Notes under the pieces: model-generated | Seen by the model: the letters and a program-made list of their open reading frames with translations, nothing else | Told to the model about the DNA's origin: nothing | Database searches by the model: none | Shown here: in pieces, positions 1-8,037 of the stretch | Layout: each line of letters opens with the position of its first letter | Numbering within the stretch: the stretch's first letter is position 1 | Made by a program: the position numbers and the translations under genes | Origin: Brachyspira murdochii | Lineage (GTDB): Bacteria; Spirochaetota; JAAYUW01 | Assembly: GCA_020722965.1 (NCBI GenBank) | Contig: DYJT01000009.1 | Coordinates: forward strand, 28,755-67,197 | Length of the DNA: 38,443 bases | Direction of reading: 5' to 3'

Positions 1-10
1 CAATATCTAA

Positions 11-1309
11 TTATTTTGTCAATATTTGATAAGGGATAACCTGTTTATCTGAATCATGAATAATAATTCCAAATGTACCACCAAGACATCCTGTAAAAGA
101 TCTTATTTTTATTGTATAACTAGTCGAATTCGCTGTAAATGAGGCAGCAGGTTCCCCAGTTAATAAAGTAATACCCCCAATCTCATCATTATAACTAATT
201 TCAGATGCATAGCAACTTTTTAAAATTTTTTCATCCTGGTCAAAAATTTGAAAAAAAAGATCCTTAAAGGTAAAATCTTTTTCATATAATTCCTTATTAT
301 AAGCATCACCTAGGTATATGTAGTATGTTTTATCGATTTGAGTGTTAAATTTAATTATTATTAATCCATCTTTAATCTCTAATGTGTCTAATTGAAGTAT
401 TTCTTCTTCAAAGCTGCTTGATATTTTCGATTCATATCCTATGGGTTTGGTCTCTTCAATATTCTTTGGTTTAATAATCTTCTGCTCATCCTCTAGCTTA
501 ATTCCAAAAGTACCTTCATATACAAGGCTTATTGGTTCAACAAGAATAGATATAGATTGTGTGTTAGCAACAAATTTTGCGGCATATTGTGAATTTAAAG
601 ATGTTATACCCCCATCTTCTGCGGTTGTAGAATAAGCATCAGAATAGAGATTTCCTTGATCATCGAAAATATGGAACCAGATACCATCTAATGTAAAGTA
701 GGTATCAAAAAGATTATTGTTAAAGGCATCGACTAAAGTTAGTTTATATGCTTTCCCTTTTTCGACATTGTAAGTTAATTTAATAGCGTTCCCATCTTTT
801 AATTTATATTCTTCTAGTTTATTTTTTTCCAAGGCTACTTTATGAAACTCGGAAAAAATTGATTTTGATAATTTATATGCAACCTTTTTATTTTTTGCAC
901 TTAGTAAAGCCAGTCCAAAAGTTCCTTGAGACTTCAAGGATGTGCCTCTAACCCTAATATAAACTATTGGTTCTAATGGTTTAAAAGTTGCAACCGGTTC
1001 TTTCTCTGAGGTTGTAATCCCTCCATCTTTATAAGAAGAAACAAATATTTTTGAATCATATGGGGTCTTCTTATCTTTTTTATAAATAGAAGTTATAGCA
1101 TAATCAAGAGTAAATTTGGCTCCAAACGCTTCACAGTTATAAGCATCTATAACAAAAAGGTTGTATTGCAAAGAGGTATCTACATTAAACTCTAAAAAAA
1201 TATCTGATTCTTTTTCTAGGCTAAAAGAATCAAATAGTGTCGATTGCATAGAAAAGATAAGAGTTAATAAGAAAATTAAAACAATAAGATAGATCAAACT
1301 TTTTTTCAT
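11..1309 (-). CDS. Exported/membrane-anchored hypothetical protein with three internal ~95-aa repeats (PPC-like beta-sandwich?)
   Basis: 432-aa ORF; N-terminal MKK plus hydrophobic stretch; motif DA[YF]N..FT[LF]..GGIT..A.F..GTFG occurs three times. Confidence 0.75.
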   Translation of the reverse strand: MKKSLIYLIVLIFLLTLIFSMQSTLFDSFSLEKESDIFLEFNVDTSLQYNLFVIDAYNCEAFGAKFTLDYAITSIYKKDKKTPYDSKIFVSSYKDGGITTSEKEPVATFKPLEPIVYIRVRGTSLKSQGTFGLALLSAKNKKVAYKLSKSIFSEFHKVALEKNKLEEYKLKDGNAIKLTYNVEKGKAYKLTLVDAFNNNLFDTYFTLDGIWFHIFDDQGNLYSDAYSTTAEDGGITSLNSQYAAKFVANTQSISILVEPISLVYEGTFGIKLEDEQKIIKPKNIEETKPIGYESKISSSFEEEILQLDTLEIKDGLIIIKFNTQIDKTYYIYLGDAYNKELYEKDFTFKDLFFQIFDQDEKILKSCYASEISYNDEIGGITLLTGEPAASFTANSTSYTIKIRSFTGCLGGTFGIIIHDSDKQVIPYQILTK

Positions 1310-1578
1310 GCTTTTTCCCTTTTTTCTTCTTTATTATATCATTAATTATATAAATCAATTTTAAAAATTTCAAGATAAATAATAACTGTAAAATATTTAA
1401 TTTTTACTAAAAGTCAGATCTCTCGATTACTAAATTATAATTTGTAGTAAAACCATGATAAGAGGAATAACATACTGAATTAGTGTACTTAAAGTTATCA
1501 TCTTTAAACTGAGTTTTTATATTTTGGTTTGTAGTTTTAAAATAGAAAGTCATCTTTTTTACAACGAAAAAAGACAAA

Positions 1579-3126
1579 CTATTTCCAAAAATTCAAGATA
1601 ATAGTAGTTCCATTATCTATCTTAGACAAAATCTCTAACTCAATTTCATATAAAATGCAGATCTCTTTTACAATTGAAAGCCCGATTCCATTAGACCATC
1701 TTTCTTCACTTTTTTTACCATTTCTTGCCTTGTAATTTTTATTAAATATCTCTGGCAATTCTTCTTTATTTACCCCAATTCCATTATCAACTATGGTGAG
1801 TGAGCATAAAAATTTTTTATCCTCCTTTCTAATATTGTTTAAAGAATAGTAAGAATAACCATTTAATATTAAGGTATTTTTTAAATTTGTAGTAAAGTCT
1901 AACCCCTTTTTATTTGAATAAAGAGTTAATTCAACTTTTTTTTCATCATTATTGTTGTGTTGAATAGAATTTTTAATAATATTTTCTGTTAAAGACCTAA
2001 AATGGTTTCTTCTAATAGGATAAAATATATTATCTTCAACATCTTTTTGAATAATTAGTTTTTCTTTATTGAATAGATATATTATTTTATCTATATAAAT
2101 CCCTATTTCCTCATTTAATGAAAGTAACGGTAATTTTTCATCTTTATTCTTATCTATTCTTGAAAATAGGTTAATCTGATCAACAAGCTCATTTATTCTT
2201 TCAATTTCTCCATCTATCTCTAATATAGTATTTATATCTGAATTAATTATGCCATCTTTAATGCCATACATATATGATTTTATTATATTAATTGGTGTAG
2301 ATATATCATGGGTAATTTGTGAAGTAACCTTTTTCCTGAATTCCTGATCCTTTTTTAATTCTGAAGATAGATAGTTGAAAGCATCTATAAGAATACCGAT
2401 CTCATCATTTCTCTTATTTTCAATATTTACATCATAATCCCCATTTGATAATTTAAAGGTACTTTTTACGAGATTTCTAATAGGTTTACTAAATTGTCTG
2501 GAAACTAAAAATATAATAGGAAACGAGATTATCAATAAAACAAAATAAAAAAGCAAGAACAATACACGTAATCTTTCTAAAAAATTTTTGACACCTTCAT
2601 GATAAAATATGATATTCATAAAAAAGATCCGCAAAGGACTTGTTCGAAAAACATATTGCTCCATATAGAATCCTGGCTTAAGTTCAGCAGGCTTAAATCT
2701 ATTAATTCCAAATCTACCTGTTTGCGTATTATTTTCATAAGTCCTTTGAGGATTTGGTGGTGGAGGTGGTGGAATATGAATAACTTCGAAATTACTTTTA
2801 TTATATGAAAAGATAAGATTTCTATTTAAAAAAATATTACATGCGATTATATATTTATTTTGATTTAAAAGATCTTGCATCTCTTTTAATAATAAAAATC
2901 TATCCTCATCCATTTCATCTATATTTTTTTGCTTATCTTCCAATATTGATTTAATTTCTTCAAGAAATTTATCTTTTTCCTTTTCAATATCTTCTGATAT
3001 AACTAAACTTATCTGTTTTTTTATTATGTTTTGTAAAAATAAGTAAGAGATAATAACTGAAATCAATATCAAAATGCTTACAGTAATAAATAATTCTAAC
3101 CAAAGATAGATTTTTTTCTTTTTCAT
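1579..3126 (-). CDS. HAMP-domain sensor histidine kinase (BaeS/CpxA-like)
   Basis: Two TM segments, HAMP (PIRNL..DEIGILIDAFN), H-box THDISTP, N-box NIIKNS, DNGIG and GIGLSIV G-boxes. Confidence 0.93.
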   Translation of the reverse strand: MKKKKIYLWLELFITVSILILISVIISYLFLQNIIKKQISLVISEDIEKEKDKFLEEIKSILEDKQKNIDEMDEDRFLLLKEMQDLLNQNKYIIACNIFLNRNLIFSYNKSNFEVIHIPPPPPPNPQRTYENNTQTGRFGINRFKPAELKPGFYMEQYVFRTSPLRIFFMNIIFYHEGVKNFLERLRVLFLLFYFVLLIISFPIIFLVSRQFSKPIRNLVKSTFKLSNGDYDVNIENKRNDEIGILIDAFNYLSSELKKDQEFRKKVTSQITHDISTPINIIKSYMYGIKDGIINSDINTILEIDGEIERINELVDQINLFSRIDKNKDEKLPLLSLNEEIGIYIDKIIYLFNKEKLIIQKDVEDNIFYPIRRNHFRSLTENIIKNSIQHNNNDEKKVELTLYSNKKGLDFTTNLKNTLILNGYSYYSLNNIRKEDKKFLCSLTIVDNGIGVNKEELPEIFNKNYKARNGKKSEERWSNGIGLSIVKEICILYEIELEILSKIDNGTTIILNFWK

Positions 3127-3131
3127 AAAAA

Positions 3132-3794
3132 TTATTCTGAATCGACCTTATAACCTAATCCGAAAACTGTTTTAATGTAATCTTTTTTTATTTTTTTCCT
3201 AATGTTTTTAATGTGGGTATCTATAGTTCTATCTGAAATCACCGTTCCATCTGGAGTAATTGCATCTATCAGCTGATCTCTTGTAAAAACAACCCTCGGA
3301 TTAAGTGCAAGTTTATATAGTATCTCAAATTCGGCTTTTGTAAGTTCGATTTTTTCTCCTGCCACTTTAGCTAAAAAATATTTTCTGTCTAATTCGAGGT
3401 CTTTGAATATAACTCTATCGATATCGTAATTACCGGCTCTTTTCAATATCGCTCTAACCCTTAAAACTACTTCATAAGGGGTAACAGGTTTTACAACATA
3501 ATCATCGCTTCCTAAAAGAAGTCCTTCAATTCTATCCTGATCGCTCCCTTTTGCGGTTAGCATAAGAACTGGAATATTCTTTTTCGCCTTAACTTCTTTT
3601 AATATTTCATCCCCGCTCATATCTGGCAACATTCTATCAAGTATAATGCAATCAATCTCTTCTTTAAGCGAAATTGAAATACCTTTTTGTGCATTTTCTG
3701 CCAGATAGACTTCATACCCTTCTTTCTCAAAATAAAGTTTCAAAATTTCTGCGAATTTTTGCTCATCTTCTACTATTAAAATTTTCATACTCAT
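3132..3794 (-). CDS. OmpR/PhoB-family response regulator
   Basis: REC (ILIVEDE, LDRMLP, LTAK, KP) plus winged helix (LTKAEF, RTIDTHIKNIRKK, TVFGLGY); 5 bp upstream of the kinase. Confidence 0.96.
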   Translation of the reverse strand: MSMKILIVEDEQKFAEILKLYFEKEGYEVYLAENAQKGISISLKEEIDCIILDRMLPDMSGDEILKEVKAKKNIPVLMLTAKGSDQDRIEGLLLGSDDYVVKPVTPYEVVLRVRAILKRAGNYDIDRVIFKDLELDRKYFLAKVAGEKIELTKAEFEILYKLALNPRVVFTRDQLIDAITPDGTVISDRTIDTHIKNIRKKIKKDYIKTVFGLGYKVDSE

Positions 3795-3905
3795 ATTTTA
3801 CAATATTTCATCCTAAATTAAAAGAAGAATTTTAAAACAATAATCAAAAATTTAAAAATAAAATCTATTATCTAATTTCATAAAATCTTTGATATTTAAA
3901 TTCAA

Positions 3906-3948
3906 ATTTATGAATTATTTATGAAGATTATATGATTTTTTTATGATT
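3906..3948. promoter_or_regulatory. Four direct repeats (core TATGA) at exact 11-bp spacing; putative OmpR/PhoB-type binding array
   Basis: TATGA at 3909, 3920, 3931 and 3942, just upstream of TTGACC (3958-3963) in the divergent RR/tldE intergenic region. Confidence 0.6.
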
Positions 3949-3957
3949 CTTAAATTA

Positions 3958-3985
3958 TTGACCTAAATTTCTAAAATGATATTTT
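3958..3985 (+). promoter_or_regulatory. Putative sigma70 promoter for tldE-tldD
   Basis: TTGACC, 16-bp spacer, TGn-TATTTT; RBS AAGGAG before ATG 4046. Confidence 0.4.
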
Positions 3986-4045
3986 TATGGTGAATTTAAA
4001 TTAAAAATTTTGAACTTAATTATTTTTTAGTTAAAAGGAGTAATT

Positions 4046-5365
4046 ATGGTTGAAAAAATTGCTCAAAAAGTATTTAATTTTTCTAAGGCGAAGCAAACAG
4101 AAATAATTTTTTACCATTCGATAGATGCCCTTACAAGATTTGGTCAAAGCCAAATTACCCAACATGTTGAATTTAATAACCAAAATATGACAATCAGAAT
4201 GCTTGATAATAAGAAAACTGCTTCAATCTCTATTTCTAGTTTTTCAGATGATGTAATTAAAAAAGCAGTTGAGCAACTATATAATATTTTAAATCTTCAG
4301 GTTCCGGATGAAAGATTATCCGAACTTCCAGAAAACATAAAATATATTGGGAACAACAATCAGAGTGATGATTTCAAGAAATTGGACGAACATACTAGAG
4401 CACAATTTGTTAAAGAGGCGACAGATTATCTTACAAAAGAATCTGCAATCTCTGCCGGTATATGCTCTCAAACCAATACAGCAATTACCCATATCACAAA
4501 TAAAAATTACTTTCATACCTATTATGATTGGAAATTTTCTTTTTCTCTAAGTGCAAAAAACAACTATGGAATTACCAGAGAAGAATTTAATGGAACATCT
4601 TTAAATAACTTCGATCCTGAAGAACTTGCAAGAAAATGTATGATTTCATTATCTTTGCTTAAAGATAAAAAAAATATTAATCCCGGCAAATATGATGTCA
4701 TTTTAACCCCTGCCGCTTTTGCCGAATTATTATTATATCTTTTTTATTTTAGTTTTTCAGCAAAAGCCTATCATGAAAAAAGAACCTTTATGCATAATAA
4801 AAAAGGTCAACAGGTTTTTTCGCCTCTTTTGAATATTATTGATAATCCAAGGCAAACTGATGGCCCTTCTTTATATTATGACTTCGAGGGAAGCCCAACA
4901 ACTAACACTAAACTTGTTGAAAATGGGGTTTGTAATAATCTTGTATCAAACAAATATTACTCCAAAGTTTTAAATATCCCCAATACCGGCAATTGTATTT
5001 CACCTACAACATTAGATTGTTACCCCCTAAGACCAGAAGTGATGCCAGGTAATAGGCCATTAAGTAAGATTATTGAAAATTCCGACAATACCCTTTTAAT
5101 AAACAGACTTCATTATCTGAACATAATAGATCCACTTTCCTTGATTGTCACTGGTATGACCAGAGATGGGGTTTTTACAATAGAAAAAGGTAAAATAACC
5201 AAAAGTACCAACAATCTAAGATTCACTGAATCCATATTAACAGCTCTTTCAAATATTGAAGAACTCTCATCAGATCTTTTTGAAGCCGAATATTTTTTAG
5301 GTTTCATAAAGGTACCTGCTGTTAAAATCAAAGGGTTTAACTTTTCTTCAGTTACAGAATTCTAA
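4046..5365 (+). CDS. tldE: TldE/PmbA family protein
   Basis: LTRFGQSQITQ, PGKYDVILTPAA, DFEGSP, TGMTRDG..IEKGKI..NLRF; no HExxxH motif. Confidence 0.88.
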   Translation: MVEKIAQKVFNFSKAKQTEIIFYHSIDALTRFGQSQITQHVEFNNQNMTIRMLDNKKTASISISSFSDDVIKKAVEQLYNILNLQVPDERLSELPENIKYIGNNNQSDDFKKLDEHTRAQFVKEATDYLTKESAISAGICSQTNTAITHITNKNYFHTYYDWKFSFSLSAKNNYGITREEFNGTSLNNFDPEELARKCMISLSLLKDKKNINPGKYDVILTPAAFAELLLYLFYFSFSAKAYHEKRTFMHNKKGQQVFSPLLNIIDNPRQTDGPSLYYDFEGSPTTNTKLVENGVCNNLVSNKYYSKVLNIPNTGNCISPTTLDCYPLRPEVMPGNRPLSKIIENSDNTLLINRLHYLNIIDPLSLIVTGMTRDGVFTIEKGKITKSTNNLRFTESILTALSNIEELSSDLFEAEYFLGFIKVPAVKIKGFNFSSVTEF

Positions 5366-5380
5366 TTTTAGGAGGGTAAA

Positions 5381-6829
5381 ATGTTTGATTTATGTAATAA
5401 AGTTTTAAATTATGCACAACTTTTGGGCGCTTCTTACGCCGATGTCAGATTGATTATTAGAGAAACGGAATATTTATATACAAAAAATGGGAAGCTCGAA
5501 AATTACAGTTTGAACAATGAAGAAGGTTATGGTGTTAGAGTAATTGTCGATAACGGTTGGGGCTTTGCATCCATATCTAATTTAAATAGCGACAGTATAG
5601 AGCAAACAGTTAAAAAGGCTATTTCCATTGCAAAAGCATCGAGTAAATTAAGAAAGGAACCCATAATCCTTACGAAAGAGCCGGCTTATCAAGATAGATG
5701 GTCTTCTGCTTATCTTATAGATCCTTTTACGGTTCCTTTCGAGAAAAAACTTCAAACCCTATTAGAGATAGATGAAATTCTTAGAAAAGAACCATCTGTT
5801 AAGCTTGCCGAATGCGAGATGAGATTTAGAAAAGAACATAAATATTTTGCAAATACCGAAGGTTCTAAAATACTTCAAACAACAATTGTTTCTGGCGCAG
5901 GGTATGAAGCTACTGCAATAGATGGGAATGATGTTCAAAAAAGAACATATCCTATGGCTTTTGGTGGTCAATTTATGCAAATGGGTTGGGAACTTATCGA
6001 GGGTTTAAAACTAAAGGAAAATGCTCCTAGAATTGCATCGGAAGCCGTAGCCCTTTTAAAAGCACCCGAGATTGAACCAGGGAAAAGGGACTTAATAATA
6101 GGCTCTGAACAATTGGCACTTCAAATACATGAATCATGTGGTCATCCCTCTGAACTCGATAGGGTTCTTGGTTATGAAGAAAACTACGCAGGAAGCTCTT
6201 TTATAACAGTCGATAAATACAAGAACATGCATTATGGCTCAAACATAGTAAACTTAGTCGCCGATTCAACACTACCAGGTGGTCTTGGAACCTTTGGATA
6301 CGATGATGATGGTGTAAGGGCACAGAGATACTTCATAGTAAAAAATGGATTATATCAAAATTATTTTACAAATAGAGAGTTCGCTACAATCATCGGCGAT
6401 GAAAGAAGTCATGGATGCAATAGAGCAGATCATTTTAGTTCTATACCAATAATTAGGATGATTAATCTTTCATTACTTCCTGGTGACTATGAATTAGATG
6501 ATATAATTGCCGCGACAGAAGATGGTTTATTTGTCGATGGAGTTAAAACCTGGAGTATTGATCAGATGAGGTTGAATTTCCAGTTCACCTGTGAGATTGG
6601 CTATAGAATCAAAAATGGTAAATTGGCTGAAATGGTAAAAAATCCAACATATCAGGGGATAACACCTACCTTCTGGCAGAGCTGTGATATGATAGCAAAT
6701 GAGAAATATTGGCTACCCTGTGGAGTCATTAACTGCGGTAAAGGACAGCCCGGTCAAACCATGATGATGACTCATGGTGCTGCTCCTGCAAGATTTAAAA
6801 ATGTTATGACTGGAATTGTAAGAAACTAG
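5381..6829 (+). CDS. tldD: TldD metalloprotease
   Basis: HESCGH zinc motif, GYDDDGV, NCGKGQP..HGAAP C-terminus; RBS AGGAGG. Confidence 0.93.
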   Translation: MFDLCNKVLNYAQLLGASYADVRLIIRETEYLYTKNGKLENYSLNNEEGYGVRVIVDNGWGFASISNLNSDSIEQTVKKAISIAKASSKLRKEPIILTKEPAYQDRWSSAYLIDPFTVPFEKKLQTLLEIDEILRKEPSVKLAECEMRFRKEHKYFANTEGSKILQTTIVSGAGYEATAIDGNDVQKRTYPMAFGGQFMQMGWELIEGLKLKENAPRIASEAVALLKAPEIEPGKRDLIIGSEQLALQIHESCGHPSELDRVLGYEENYAGSSFITVDKYKNMHYGSNIVNLVADSTLPGGLGTFGYDDDGVRAQRYFIVKNGLYQNYFTNREFATIIGDERSHGCNRADHFSSIPIIRMINLSLLPGDYELDDIIAATEDGLFVDGVKTWSIDQMRLNFQFTCEIGYRIKNGKLAEMVKNPTYQGITPTFWQSCDMIANEKYWLPCGVINCGKGQPGQTMMMTHGAAPARFKNVMTGIVRN

Positions 6830-6852
6830 ATAATAGATAATAGATATTAAAT

Positions 6853-7044
6853 ATTAAACTAATAACTAATAGATACTAATTTTAAATTATAGGAAAAATT
6901 AAACTTATAGTTAATAGATACTAAATTTTAAGTTATAGTAAAAATTAAACTAATAGTTAATAGATACTAAATTTTAAGTTATATTAAATATTAGACTAAT
7001 AGCTAAGAGATATTAAATTTTAAGTTATAATTAACTATTAGATT
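6853..7044 (+). repeat. Imperfect tandem repeat, about 4 copies of a 45-47-bp AT-rich unit
   Basis: Units start at 6853, 6898, 6944, 6990 (partial at 7037); consensus ATTAAACTAATAGTTAATAGATACTAAATTTTAAGTTATA.... Confidence 0.85.
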
Positions 7045-7077
7045 ATAAATATTGGAAATAAGTTATAAGTTGCAATT

Positions 7078-7914
7078 GTGACAGGATATTTAACACCTCC
7101 TTTATCCTTATTTTATCCTCATGAAAAGTTATTTGTTAAGGCTTCCTATTGTTCTATTTGCAGAATTCTGGCGAGTAGAAGACTATATTTAAATAGGGCT
7201 TTTTTAAACTATGATGCAATTTTCTTCTACCTATTATTTTCTGCTTCACTACAATCTTATAATTTTTCCATAGAATCATTTTTTTGTAAACATACCATGA
7301 CAAATAGGTTCTTAATCAAAGACAATGGTATATTGAATTATTTTGCGGATTATTCTACCCTTTTTTCTATCTTAAAATTTTATGATAATATTAATGATGA
7401 AAAATTTCCATCATCTTTTTTTTCATCTATTTTTTATAAAAAATTTTCAAATTCATTCAAATTCCTGAATAAATCCTCAATCTTGCAATCGATGGATAAA
7501 GATAAAAGTTTTGATAATGAAATTGTCGATTTAATAACTTTGATAGAAAGCATATTCCCTTTTGATTATTTAAATTATCAATATCGTAATCCAATATCTT
7601 CAATAATTTCAAATCTTATCAAACTCATTTATTACATTGATGCAGTAGATGACTTTAAAGATGATTTGAAAAAAAGTAAAAAAAACATTCTACTTTCTGG
7701 CGAAACAAAATCGATAAATTCAAATGATATCGAGTTTATTCAAAAAAAATTAAAAAATGAATGTATATTTTCAATAAACTATTGTCTTAACCAACTAGAA
7801 AAGCTTCCAAATAAACAATTTGTTCATATATTAAAATTGTATTTTAGTGATCTTATACCAGCTTTACTCAATAAAGCTTTAAAAAAAAATGGATGGATGG
7901 AAATTTTCCAATAA
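7078..7914 (+). CDS. DUF5685 family protein
   Basis: GTG start; GY..P..YCSICR.L..R..LNYDAIF N-terminus, KFYDNINDE and YYIDAVDDFKDD motifs typical of the family. Confidence 0.7.
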   Translation: MTGYLTPPLSLFYPHEKLFVKASYCSICRILASRRLYLNRAFLNYDAIFFYLLFSASLQSYNFSIESFFCKHTMTNRFLIKDNGILNYFADYSTLFSILKFYDNINDEKFPSSFFSSIFYKKFSNSFKFLNKSSILQSMDKDKSFDNEIVDLITLIESIFPFDYLNYQYRNPISSIISNLIKLIYYIDAVDDFKDDLKKSKKNILLSGETKSINSNDIEFIQKKLKNECIFSINYCLNQLEKLPNKQFVHILKLYFSDLIPALLNKALKKNGWMEIFQ

Positions 7915-7926
7915 AATAAAACTTTT

Positions 7927-8009
7927 TTGTATCTATGTTTGTATTTAATATTTATGTTTTTATCTATATTTGTATTTAGCATTTGCATCTATGTTTGTAT
8001 CTATATTTG
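7927..8009. repeat. Degenerate 12-bp minisatellite (TTTGTATCTATR) between convergent genes
   Basis: Repeated tttgtatctatg / tttgtatttaat / tttgcatctatg / tttgtatctata units. Confidence 0.7.
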
Positions 8010-8037
8010 AAATAAATTTAATTAGCCTTTTATTGGT

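Noticed and set aside
4046-6829. RiPP/microcin biosynthetic cluster around tldD/E
   Set aside because: No YcaO, radical SAM, lanthipeptide enzyme, exporter or convincing precursor in the window
6853-7044. CRISPR array
   Set aside because: Units are contiguous with no unique spacers, and no cas genes are present
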